Assembly: GCA_965205215.1 (NCBI GenBank)
Contig: OZ242041.1
Coordinates: forward strand, 544,001 to 608,000
Direction: 5' to 3'
Length of the DNA stretch: 64,000 bases
Source: Nitrosopumilus sp.
GTDB lineage: Archaea; Thermoproteota; Nitrososphaeria; Nitrososphaerales; Nitrosopumilaceae
Under the pieces are notes generated by a model. The model made no database searches, was not told the origin of the DNA, and saw nothing but the letters and a program-made list of their open reading frames with translations. The position numbers and the translations under genes were made by a program. Each line of letters opens with the position of its first letter. The stretch's first letter is position 1. This document shows, piece after piece, positions 48,189 through 57,719 of the stretch.

Positions 48189-49544
48189 TCAGCGGCATAT
48201 TTTGGCCTTGGCGGGCACCCACGGGCTGTCGGGGTTCGTGGTGGCCTTTAGCACCGTGTACGTGGCGGGCTCCTCAAGGTCGCCTGCCGCGTTGAGCGTG
48301 TATTCTCCCAGCGCGCCGTCGCCTATGGTTCTTCCCTCGTACACGAGGTGGTGGACTCCCCTGCCACTGGCCACGTCGAGTATCAGGTCCCTGGCTGTGC
48401 TCTCGTCGCCCGGGATGCTGCCGTCTGCCAGCCCGTCGCGCGTTACGATGGCGTCTACCAGGAGGTGTATCGCGTCGTATGCGGCAAACGGCCCGTACTC
48501 GTACCGGTCGCAGACCACACCCTCCTGCTGCAGCGTGTTGCAGATCCCGATGTTGACGGGGTTGTCAAGCACGGTGTAGCGGGTTCCGGAGAGCTCCACC
48601 TTTTTTGCAAACTCCGCCACGTCCGCGTCGCGTACGGCGGCGGACTCCCCCGTGATGGTGGCCGTGCTGTACCACTTTACGCCATGTAGGTTTGCGAGGC
48701 CGTCGCCGGCCGACAGCACGCCCTTTACGTGGTATTCAAAGTCAAGCGGGAATCCTATGAACATCACCGCCACCTTGTCGGCGCCCTCGGTAGCTGCGAG
48801 GCGGCCCACGATTCCGTCGACGGTCTGCGCTACTGCCGCGTGGCTGGATGCGGCAGCTGCCGGATCGGAGAACCTTTCGGCCTCCGTGTACGGTATCAGG
48901 TGCTCAAAGGAGTCGGCGACCTCCGGCGGTATGAGGAAGCTGACGATCGGGAGCCATGACTGGCGGACAACTATTACGCCCTTTGTATTGCCGTCCTTGT
49001 TCAGTACGAGGTCGATCACGCTCGCCGCTTGGTGCGAGTCGTTTGGAATCAGCCTGAACAGGCTGTCTCCGGCCTCCGTGAGGTTGATGACGCCGCCGGG
49101 AAGCGGGATTATCGGGGCCGACGACCCGTATGATACGATGGCCGCGTCGGGTATCGTGTCGAGCACCTGCTTGGCAGGCGTGACAGTCGAGCTGGAGTGG
49201 CCCACGAAGTGGGTTATTCCCTGGGTCTGGACCGCGCTCTGGACCACCCCGGCGATCTCCGTCGAGCTGAGGCCCGTGACGTCCAGCGGCACGAGCGTCA
49301 CGCTGTATTTGGTGCCTATGACTGGATCGTCGTTGATGTCCTGTATGGACAGATCCATGGCCCTTTTGCTGCTGGTGTCGTCGTAGCTCGGACCGTACTC
49401 CAGCAGCGCCCCTATCTTTATCTCAGTCAGCCCCTGGGTCTGGGCGTAGGCGGCCGTTCCGGCAGCAGCAGCAGTAGGATCAAGCGGCATGGAGAGTGCG
49501 GCCGCTGTCGCGGCGACTATTACGGATGCCAGCACCAGTGTCAT
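48189..49544 (-). CDS. Secreted type I periplasmic-binding-protein fold protein (branched-chain amino acid SBP-like)
   Basis: Signal peptide, IKIGAL, FRLIPND, AAYDAI and GALGEYTLNAAGDL. Confidence 0.8.
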   Translation of the reverse strand: MTLVLASVIVAATAAALSMPLDPTAAAAGTAAYAQTQGLTEIKIGALLEYGPSYDDTSSKRAMDLSIQDINDDPVIGTKYSVTLVPLDVTGLSSTEIAGVVQSAVQTQGITHFVGHSSSTVTPAKQVLDTIPDAAIVSYGSSAPIIPLPGGVINLTEAGDSLFRLIPNDSHQAASVIDLVLNKDGNTKGVIVVRQSWLPIVSFLIPPEVADSFEHLIPYTEAERFSDPAAAASSHAAVAQTVDGIVGRLAATEGADKVAVMFIGFPLDFEYHVKGVLSAGDGLANLHGVKWYSTATITGESAAVRDADVAEFAKKVELSGTRYTVLDNPVNIGICNTLQQEGVVCDRYEYGPFAAYDAIHLLVDAIVTRDGLADGSIPGDESTARDLILDVASGRGVHHLVYEGRTIGDGALGEYTLNAAGDLEEPATYTVLKATTNPDSPWVPAKAKICR

Positions 49545-49822
49545 GCGTATATTGTAATTCACAGTTGACACTACGTCACGGGATAGGCTAAAAAGACTTA
49601 CGGTCAAGCGGCCGGTTCTGGCATACACAAAGTTGTTCACTCCTGTATCGGAGCCCGGGCAGGCTGCGTGTCAGGCCAACGGCAGGATAGAACGCCCGCA
49701 GCGAGATACCGGGCAAGCCGTACGAGTTCGAGACAGTAATGACAAGGAAGAGCGATCCGACGGGCCTGTTTATGATGGTACAACTATCGCCGGACGTACA
49801 TGTCACTGAATGACGGCGAGCT

Positions 49823-49950
49823 ACTGCAGAGGTGTTTGAGGGAGATAGCGTCCAAGGAGGGAAGGGATCATAGGTGAGCAGACGGGGGGGGGGGAGCACG
49901 ATTCCAGATAGTGAGGAAGCGTTTGTCATCTGTAGCCTCCGTACTTCCAC
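49823..49950 (+). pseudogene. Possible DNA methyltransferase relic
   Basis: EVFEGDS...(stop)...IPDSEEAFVICS plus a frameshifted PYF gives an SPPY-like motif IV. Confidence 0.3.
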
Positions 49951-50091
49951 ACATCGCATGCCGCCACGCTTTCGCATCGGGGTGAGTTTCAGCCGCATGG
50001 CCACATCACGGTAGACATGGCCGGACGGCGACATATCAGTGAAAGATCATGTATGGACGGTCACAGCGTCCGCCGCTGTTCCAAAGTAAAT

Positions 50092-50106
50092 AAAAAAAAG
50101 AAAAAA
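50092..50106 (-). terminator. Oligo-T terminator of S-layer B
   Basis: Reverse complement of the copy A terminator. Flank 50047-50143 is homologous to 33738-33830. Confidence 0.6.
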
Positions 50107-50143
50107 GGGGGAATTTTTTTCTGTGTTTTCTGTGATATACTAG

Positions 50144-53100
50144 CTAGCTTACGGTGATGTCGGTTGTGACCGGTGGTGACAGTGCAGTCGGGTTGTCAAC
50201 TGACTCCCATACGAACGCGGTTGCCGTGTAGGTTCCCGCGTCGGATGGAATCCATGACGTTGACGGACTTAGGGACTGTCCTGCCTCCAGCGTTCCGGAT
50301 ATCCAGGAGAGTGCGACCGTGACTCCGTTGGAGTCCTGGACCTGTACCAGATAGGCAAAGGCCTGGGAGCGGTCCTGGCCGTTGGCCAAGTCTGCCACGA
50401 TCTGCACCTGCTGGTCGGCGGACACCGTGTCAAGGCTGTTTCCGAATGCATCCACAATCCTTAGGTTGGTTGCGGGCGCCCTCTCCAGCGGAGGCACGAT
50501 GGTGCCGATCAGGGTTGTTGCCGTGATGTCAAGCTCGTCTGCTGTCGTGTATGGGTCTGGTAGCGTGTTGTCCTCGTATTCGGCCGTTACAGTGTTGCCC
50601 TCTGCCACGCGGAGACGGTGTCCGGAAGACTCGTCGGTGATGGTGAAGAACACCGTGCCTTCGAATATGCCGGTCGCCTCGTTGGTTTCCGTTACCGTGA
50701 GGTCGATTCCGCCGTTGTCGGCGTCTGACCACACGTCAACTACAAAGTTGTTCACTGCCTCCGGGTTCCAGTTCATGTCTGGGTCGATGACCCTGACGAC
50801 GCCTGTGCCGGATGCCGGGTACGATGACTCGAGCCACTGCACTTCGCCGATGTTCCACCTGATGAGCGCGGATCCAACCACGGTCTCGTCCTCAGAGTAC
50901 TCGAATGAGACGGTGATGCCGTCGTCATCGTCGGTCTGGAGGTAGCCGTTGGTGGGCCCGCTTCCATCCTCGCTGGTGTCGCGCTGCGGGTTGTCGTAAC
51001 CCGCGTCGGTGCCAGTCTCGGTGTCGCCGTCCGCGTTGTGGTCGAATCCGATAAGGATCACCTCGCCTGTAAAGATGCCCGTGTCAGGACCGGTCTCGAC
51101 AAGCTTGTAGTTGTCGATGTCGGCGCTGCGCGTGGACACCTGTATCGGGTCGAGGTTGGAGTCGCCTATCTCGTCCACCAGTGCGGAGTCGAAGTTGTGG
51201 TCTGGCGCCACGATGGTGATGTAGACCTTGTCGGTCCACGTGTACACCTTCTGGTCCAGCTCGATGGTCGCGCCAAAGTTGGAGGTGTAGACCGTTAGGC
51301 CGACGTCCTCGCTCTCGTCGCCGACATAGTCGGCTCCTGACGGACCCCAGTCCACGTACTCGAGCTCGATCTCCTCGCCCCTCTCGAGGCGGTCGCCGTC
51401 GATCTCCGCGGGAATCTCGGCGATCACCTGGAATATTCCGGTGGAGTCGCCCGTCTCACGGAGCTCGGATGGCTCTGGATCGAATACCGCGTTGTTCATG
51501 CCCAGTGTGGCGGCGTCAGAGTCCCACTCGATCAGGTCGAGCGTGTAGGACTCGGCGCCGTCGTTCTCCAGGTCAAGGTCCGGCTCTATCAGCGTCAGGA
51601 TCATGTCTGAGCCGATGATGTAGACTGACTTGTCTGACTGGAGCACGCCGTTGCGCAGGTCGAACGTGGCAGAGTCTGTTACCGTGTTCTCCTCGCCTGA
51701 TGCGTCAGTCGGGTCGCGGTACTCGACCTGCAGGATGTCTCCTTGCAGTATCGAATCGTCCGGACCGTCGTCATATGCGAGGCCAAGGTCAAGCTCGAAC
51801 GCGCCGCTGTCGGGCGCGGTCTCGAGGATCTGCGCGGACTCTAGGTCGATCGTGTGAGTCGCCGAGCCGCGTATGACCTGTACGGTCAGGTATTCAGTGG
51901 CGTTCGTAATTACGTCCTCGCCGGCAGCCGATATGTCAAAGTCCGGATCGTCTATGGTGACGTGGACCGTCAGATCGTGCTGGCCGAGGAAGCCTGTCGT
52001 GTGCTCGAATACGTCAGCTGCGAACGGCACCGGGTATACGGTGCGGTCAAGCGATACGGTACCAGTGTTGGCACGTACTGCTGCTCCCGCTCCGACCTCG
52101 ATCTCCTCGCCGGACGCGTCACGGAAGTCCTGATAGTTGACCTCTATGTCCACGCCGGTGACTGACACGACGGTGCCTGTGGCGCCGCCCTGGCAGTAGT
52201 ACTCGGGAATCTGGAAGTCGCCCGTAAAGACGCCGGAGGTTGCTGTAGTCTCCTGCAGCGTAAAGCCGGTGGATGAGAATCCGTCGACTCCGCAGCCGCC
52301 CGTCCAGAGCTCGTCATCAAACGTCACGTCCAGGATGTAGGCCTGGTCGTCACCGATGTAGTCCGCGAGTTCGCTTGAGAACGTGTAGATGTCGATGACA
52401 TCGTTGTCCACGTTCAGGTCGGCGTCCTCCAGTGTGATCGTGACCGTGTCGGCGACCTTGTAGCTCTCAGCGTCGAAGGAGACCACGGCGCTGTGCGTCG
52501 GGGCCGCCTGCTGGATCGCTATCTGGGTCGAGACTCCGTCGGCTCCCAGGTCAAGATAGTTCACGCGGACTGAATCCTCGTCGGTAAAGTCCTCGTGGAC
52601 TATGATGGATATCTGGTCGCTGATGGGCCTCAGGTCGGTGTACGTGCTTGGATCGTCGATGTTGAGCTGGTTGAGCATGGTATACTCCACGGTACCCTCA
52701 TAGTCAGCAGAGTTGCTGCTGGCCTCCTCCACCTCGATGCGGTATATGGCGTCGTTCACGCGGCCGTTCTCGTTCTGTCCGAACGTGAAGAAGTCGGCTA
52801 CGAGCATGAGGTCGCCGCACACGTGGCCAAGGTCGGTGTTACCTATGAAGATGATCAGGTCCACGGTGTCTCCGAGGGCCTCGATGTCATCCTCCATGGC
52901 GGTGATGTCCACCAGGCCGGATGCACCGTTGCCCAGGGACACGCTCTGGTTGTGGTGTACGTTTGCAAGCCTGATGTCGGTTATGACCGCGTCAGGTGCA
53001 ATGCCGTCGTAGTTGATACCGCCAAAGTTCCAGTTGAACAGCGTGGTGACGCCGTCGGCAAACGTGGGTGGCTCCCATCCGTATACGATGATCTTCGACT

Positions 53101-56100
53101 TGCCCTCGATGGCGTACCTGTCGGACGGCTCGGCTAGTCTGAGCCTGTCGCTGAACGCCTCGACGGTCTTGTCGTCGTCGGACCATGTGTATACGACGCG
53201 ATCCATTGTCTGGTCGGTTGCGAGCTGCACGTTGTGTACGGCCGGTATCTCCGCCATATTGCCGATTACGGCCCTGGTTATGGGCGGGAATCCGCTGTTC
53301 TGGGAGGATATCGGCGTGGGTGTCATGTCGACGCTGTTGCTGCTAGAGGGTGCCTGTGGCACTGTCACAGTAACGTTGTTTGAATACGCGGTGTTGGTAC
53401 CATCGTTTACTGTCAGTCGTACTTTGACAGGATTGCTCAGATCTACGGTATCAAGGGCAGAAATTGTCGCCGTGGTGAATATGCTACCGTCAGCTCCGGA
53501 TGTGACCGCTCCAACAGTAGCAACAGATGCCGTCGTGTGATCGGGCATCTCCAGGTTAACAGTCTGACCTGACGCTACCAACTCCGTACCGACTATTGCA
53601 AAGGTGAGCGCAGGGTCGTCAGAGTCTCCCGTAGTTACAGTGGCGCTGTCCAGGGTCAGTATAGGCGGTATGTTTGCCGTCACGTTGCCTGAGGTGGCGA
53701 TGTTGTCACCACTTCCTGCCTGTAGCCTGAATGTGGTAATACCGGACAGTGAGATGTCAGTGAGCTGTGCTGCGGTGGATATGGAAGCGTCCGCAGTGGT
53801 TGCGGACACAACATCACCTGGAACCAGTACAAATGCACCTTCTTTCAGTACGAACAGTTGAACAGCGTCACCACCTACCATTTCCGAACCGGTTACGTTC
53901 AACGTCAGTTGACCGTCCGTAACAGCGCCCCACGTTCTAAATGGAACGACACTGTCCAGAGTCAGCGCAGGTGGTATGTTTACCGTCATGTTGTCTGAAT
54001 AGGCAACGTTAGTACCAGTTCCTGCCTGCAGCCTAAAGTCGGTAGGACCGGACAGCGCGATGTGGCTTGTGGTCACGGTACCGAAAATGGTGCCGTCACC
54101 GGCAGTTGCAGTGCTAACATCAACATTTGCGAAGCCAGCTACAGCCTCGGATGGAACCAGATTGACGGTTCCACTAGCGAGTTCGCTGCCTGACAATCTC
54201 AGACTGAGAGAGCCCTCAGACCACGTACCTGGCAGTGATAGGCTGTCCAGCGTCACCACTGCGGGTATCGGCACGGAGACGCTGGGCGATGTGATGGTCG
54301 AACTTCCAAGCGCCAGCTTGAAGTCTACTGTCTTGCCGGATGTCGTGATGTCCACTAGGTCCGCGTCGCCGAATATTCCGGTCGAATTGACCACGAAGTT
54401 GGCCACTGTGACTGTGGCTGCGTTGGGATCGTCAGAATCGTACGTCAGGGTTGCAGCGCTTGTGATGGCACTCGGCAGCACGGTGTTGTTCGTGCCGGTT
54501 ATCACCAAGTCGAGTGAGCTGTCAGCCCACGTTCCATCTATGGCGATGTCTACATCCAGCAATACCGGAACGGTTGTGGATCTAGCGCCTGACTGTGCGA
54601 TGACCTCCCCATCTTCCACAACTACCAGTACAAACTGGGTGTTGCCGGTTATGGAGGCGTCAGTCATATTCCTTGTGGTACTGCCGTCGGTGGCGTCAAA
54701 TTCGATTTCGCTCAGACCTCTTAATGGGGATGCGGGATCGTCTAGTGTAGCCAGCTCCACGGTGTATCCTGGTGCCATACCCACTCCCTCACTACCTATC
54801 ATTCGTAGTTCGAGGTAGGGGGTCTGGGTGGTGTCAGTTGAACTTGCATCATCAATAACCCACTGTTGTGCAGCCTGTATGCTGAACAGTTCCAGTATCG
54901 GCGGGATGTTCACGGTAAACTCGTTTGACTCGGCTCCCTGCGGAGAGACCAGCTGGAACGTGATGGATCCAGAGGCTCCGATGTTGGTCAGGGCCACCGT
55001 GCCGTTTATGCTGCCGTCGTTGGCTACGGGTACGGAAACCGGGGCAAAGCCCTCGATGTCATCCGTGGTGAGCTGTATGTTCCGCTCAGATGAGGATACG
55101 GTTCCCGTCACTGTCAGCTCGTACACTCCGTTGTCCCACCCGTCGGCGTCCCTGACGATGTTCGACAGTACCACGGGCAGTCCTACGATGACTGATCTTT
55201 CTGCAGTTGCACTGTTGTTAGAGCTGTCCGTACAGGTGTACAGTACAGTGTAGGTGTTGACTATGCGGGTGTTTACGGTATCACCGGATACATCGGCCGC
55301 CTTGTCTGCGTCGACGTTGTCTTCACAGACGGCGCCCTGCTCGGTGTAGGTTCCACCCTGCACTATCCTGACGGTGGCATCACCGTTCAGCGTGACTGTG
55401 GGTGCCTCGGTGTCGGCCTCTTCGACCGTTACCGTCCTGTCTACCGGTGTTGCGTCGTTGTTAGAGCTGTCCGTACAGGTGTACGTTATCGTCTGGGGGC
55501 CAAGCGTGCTGGTGTCTACGGTACCTGACGGCGTGGCCGCCTTGTCTGCGTCGACGTTGTCTTCACAGATGGCTCCCGGATCGGTATAGGTTCCGCCCTC
55601 CATCACCGTGTCGGCTGCATTGCCGTTCAGCGTGATCGTGGGTGCCGTGGTGTCGGCCTCTATGACCTCTACGGTCCTGGATACGGACGTTGCTGGGTTT
55701 CCAGCGTCGTCCGTACAGGCGTACGTTATGGTGTATGTGCCAGTCGTAGCGGTATTTACGGTACCGGACGGCGTGGCCGCCTTGTCCGCGTCGACGTTGT
55801 CGTCACAGACGGCGCCCTGCTCGTTGTAGGTTCCGCCCTGCACTATTGTGACAGTGGCATCACCGTTCAGCGTGATTGTGGGTGCCGTGGTGTCGGCCTC
55901 CACGACGGTTACGGTCCTGGATACGGACGTTGCGCTGTTTCCAGAGCTGTCCGCACAGGAGTACGTTACCGTGTAGGTGCCAACCGTATTGACGTCTACG
56001 TTGCCGGACGGCGTGGCCGCCTTGTCCGCGTCGCGGTCGTCGTCACAGACGGCGCCCTGCTCGGTGTAGGCTGTGCCCTGCACCAGAGTAACGTCGCCGC

Positions 56101-57553
56101 CGTTGAGCGTGATTGTGGGTGCCGTGTTGTCGTCCTCTGCCAGGTCGACCCATTCCACGTCGCCCGTGGCCGACGCCAGCGTAACCGGTGAACCTATCCT
56201 GATTGATGGCACCAGCAGGCTGTTCGGATTGGCCACCGTGAGATCGTCCTCTGCGAGGGGATTCACGTTGGCATCCATGTCGGTCAGTACGATGGGTATG
56301 CGCTCGCCAGAGTTCCAGACGCCGTCAGACACGTCGAGGGATAGCTCGGCAAAGAAGTGTCCTATGACCCCGGACTTTGCGTCCGGAGAGCTGTAGTCCA
56401 CCTCGAAGCTGTTGCCCCTCAGCGCGTCGTCAAGTACGACGATGTTGGACCTCTGGTCCTCGGCCCAGTTTATGAACACGTTGTTGTTGGAGCCGTCCTC
56501 CACGAATCCGATGGCAAAGTTGCCGGGAGTGAATACCGTAGAAGCGCCGGCTTCCAGCTTGCCCTGATTGGGCACGCAGGCGCCGTAGTCGTCAACCACG
56601 AGATAGTCCTGGCTTGCATCATCTTCATTCTGGATTCCAAAGTCCTTTGTCACCTGGCACTCGATCACGTCGTTGCCCTGTCCGCCCCTGACGATACTTA
56701 CTGTCTCGTCAATGCCGGCCTCAGAGCCAACGCTGCTGATCTCGGAGTTCATCGCGTTTACCGGATTTCCGTCCTCGTCAAACAGGTTGTAGTACGCCGC
56801 ACCGTTCTGGGTGTCGAACACCCACGTGTCCTCGTCCGTCGGGTCTATGTTTAGCGCATAGTCCATCAGGGCGATGTGCACGTGAGCGCTCTGCGGGTAC
56901 TTTTGCCTGTCAAGTGAGTGTGACTCTGACGGGTCGTCAAACGTGAGGGTGACACTCTCTTGGGTGCCGCCCCTGTTGTAGACGATTTCCACGTCAGACA
57001 GTGACGTAAAGTCGTACACCTGGATGAACGGCCACAGGTCCGCGTTGGACAGACCAAGCTGTCCAAGCGAGTTGCCGTCATAGTTGGTCAGGTCGCGGGG
57101 CTCCCTTATCAGGGGGTGGCCTCCGTCGCCTACGTCTGCATTGGTACAGCTCGAGCCTGGCGGCAGGTAAATGCCGTTGCCGTCGCTTAGTTCAAGGCCA
57201 GTCACCGATGATGCCTGAGCCTCTGTACAGTATTCGCCGTAGGGGAGGCTGTCAATGCCCGCCAGTGCGTCTTCCTCGGCAAAGTATGCCGTCCAGTAGC
57301 CGTTGGCAGTCTGAAGCATCCTCAGGTCCGCACCATTTACGGTAACCTCTGGCTCTGCCTCTCCCTCGTCGGTATCTCCTATTGTATCATCTCTTATGAT
57401 TACTTCAATGATGTTTCCTTCGGCAAACATGTTGTCGGGATCCTGGCCCTCTGCAGACACGTACAGGTGCGGGTTACTCGTGCTCACTTCCGCAAACACG
57501 GGGTCCACGCCTGGTATCGCAAAGGTCAGCCCTCCGGCGACCATGATTGCCAT
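50144..57553 (-). CDS. S-layer protein, copy B (putatively silent; lacks the original start codon and an in-frame signal-peptide n-region)
   Basis: Near-identical to copy A in the N- and C-terminal parts but divergent in the centre. The ORF begins at the equivalent of copy A Met15, with an in-frame TGA 13 codons upstream. Confidence 0.88.
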   Translation of the reverse strand: MAIMVAGGLTFAIPGVDPVFAEVSTSNPHLYVSAEGQDPDNMFAEGNIIEVIIRDDTIGDTDEGEAEPEVTVNGADLRMLQTANGYWTAYFAEEDALAGIDSLPYGEYCTEAQASSVTGLELSDGNGIYLPPGSSCTNADVGDGGHPLIREPRDLTNYDGNSLGQLGLSNADLWPFIQVYDFTSLSDVEIVYNRGGTQESVTLTFDDPSESHSLDRQKYPQSAHVHIALMDYALNIDPTDEDTWVFDTQNGAAYYNLFDEDGNPVNAMNSEISSVGSEAGIDETVSIVRGGQGNDVIECQVTKDFGIQNEDDASQDYLVVDDYGACVPNQGKLEAGASTVFTPGNFAIGFVEDGSNNNVFINWAEDQRSNIVVLDDALRGNSFEVDYSSPDAKSGVIGHFFAELSLDVSDGVWNSGERIPIVLTDMDANVNPLAEDDLTVANPNSLLVPSIRIGSPVTLASATGDVEWVDLAEDDNTAPTITLNGGDVTLVQGTAYTEQGAVCDDDRDADKAATPSGNVDVNTVGTYTVTYSCADSSGNSATSVSRTVTVVEADTTAPTITLNGDATVTIVQGGTYNEQGAVCDDNVDADKAATPSGTVNTATTGTYTITYACTDDAGNPATSVSRTVEVIEADTTAPTITLNGNAADTVMEGGTYTDPGAICEDNVDADKAATPSGTVDTSTLGPQTITYTCTDSSNNDATPVDRTVTVEEADTEAPTVTLNGDATVRIVQGGTYTEQGAVCEDNVDADKAADVSGDTVNTRIVNTYTVLYTCTDSSNNSATAERSVIVGLPVVLSNIVRDADGWDNGVYELTVTGTVSSSERNIQLTTDDIEGFAPVSVPVANDGSINGTVALTNIGASGSITFQLVSPQGAESNEFTVNIPPILELFSIQAAQQWVIDDASSTDTTQTPYLELRMIGSEGVGMAPGYTVELATLDDPASPLRGLSEIEFDATDGSTTRNMTDASITGNTQFVLVVVEDGEVIAQSGARSTTVPVLLDVDIAIDGTWADSSLDLVITGTNNTVLPSAITSAATLTYDSDDPNAATVTVANFVVNSTGIFGDADLVDITTSGKTVDFKLALGSSTITSPSVSVPIPAVVTLDSLSLPGTWSEGSLSLRLSGSELASGTVNLVPSEAVAGFANVDVSTATAGDGTIFGTVTTSHIALSGPTDFRLQAGTGTNVAYSDNMTVNIPPALTLDSVVPFRTWGAVTDGQLTLNVTGSEMVGGDAVQLFVLKEGAFVLVPGDVVSATTADASISTAAQLTDISLSGITTFRLQAGSGDNIATSGNVTANIPPILTLDSATVTTGDSDDPALTFAIVGTELVASGQTVNLEMPDHTTASVATVGAVTSGADGSIFTTATISALDTVDLSNPVKVRLTVNDGTNTAYSNNVTVTVPQAPSSSNSVDMTPTPISSQNSGFPPITRAVIGNMAEIPAVHNVQLATDQTMDRVVYTWSDDDKTVEAFSDRLRLAEPSDRYAIEGKSKIIVYGWEPPTFADGVTTLFNWNFGGINYDGIAPDAVITDIRLANVHHNQSVSLGNGASGLVDITAMEDDIEALGDTVDLIIFIGNTDLGHVCGDLMLVADFFTFGQNENGRVNDAIYRIEVEEASSNSADYEGTVEYTMLNQLNIDDPSTYTDLRPISDQISIIVHEDFTDEDSVRVNYLDLGADGVSTQIAIQQAAPTHSAVVSFDAESYKVADTVTITLEDADLNVDNDVIDIYTFSSELADYIGDDQAYILDVTFDDELWTGGCGVDGFSSTGFTLQETTATSGVFTGDFQIPEYYCQGGATGTVVSVTGVDIEVNYQDFRDASGEEIEVGAGAAVRANTGTVSLDRTVYPVPFAADVFEHTTGFLGQHDLTVHVTIDDPDFDISAAGEDVITNATEYLTVQVIRGSATHTIDLESAQILETAPDSGAFELDLGLAYDDGPDDSILQGDILQVEYRDPTDASGEENTVTDSATFDLRNGVLQSDKSVYIIGSDMILTLIEPDLDLENDGAESYTLDLIEWDSDAATLGMNNAVFDPEPSELRETGDSTGIFQVIAEIPAEIDGDRLERGEEIELEYVDWGPSGADYVGDESEDVGLTVYTSNFGATIELDQKVYTWTDKVYITIVAPDHNFDSALVDEIGDSNLDPIQVSTRSADIDNYKLVETGPDTGIFTGEVILIGFDHNADGDTETGTDAGYDNPQRDTSEDGSGPTNGYLQTDDDDGITVSFEYSEDETVVGSALIRWNIGEVQWLESSYPASGTGVVRVIDPDMNWNPEAVNNFVVDVWSDADNGGIDLTVTETNEATGIFEGTVFFTITDESSGHRLRVAEGNTVTAEYEDNTLPDPYTTADELDITATTLIGTIVPPLERAPATNLRIVDAFGNSLDTVSADQQVQIVADLANGQDRSQAFAYLVQVQDSNGVTVALSWISGTLEAGQSLSPSTSWIPSDAGTYTATAFVWESVDNPTALSPPVTTDITVS
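55187..56135 (-). repeat. Four DUF5011/HYR-like Ig repeats in S-layer B
   Basis: Same APT.TLNG repeat motif as in copy A. Confidence 0.8.
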
Positions 57554-57570
57554 TAGCGTTATGCTAGTAT
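57479..57570 (-). repeat. 92-bp perfect inverted repeat, arm B
   Basis: Identical to 26359-26450 on the opposite strand. Confidence 0.92.
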
Positions 57571-57719
57571 GTTTTTGTAATTTTCGTTCTCACCCGCTGC
57601 CCCCGAGCACAAATCCTGCACCGCGGGCGTCTTTTACGCACGGCAGGCGGCCGTGCGGCGGACTGTCAAGAAAATTTATCTAGTTACGGATGTTTTTTGA
57701 CACGGCGCATTAAGTAAGA

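Noticed and set aside
26334-57553. S-layer duplication as a pure assembly artefact
   Set aside because: The copies have different central cassettes, scattered substitutions and distinct but homologous 5' and 3' flanks. Orientation still needs long-read confirmation.
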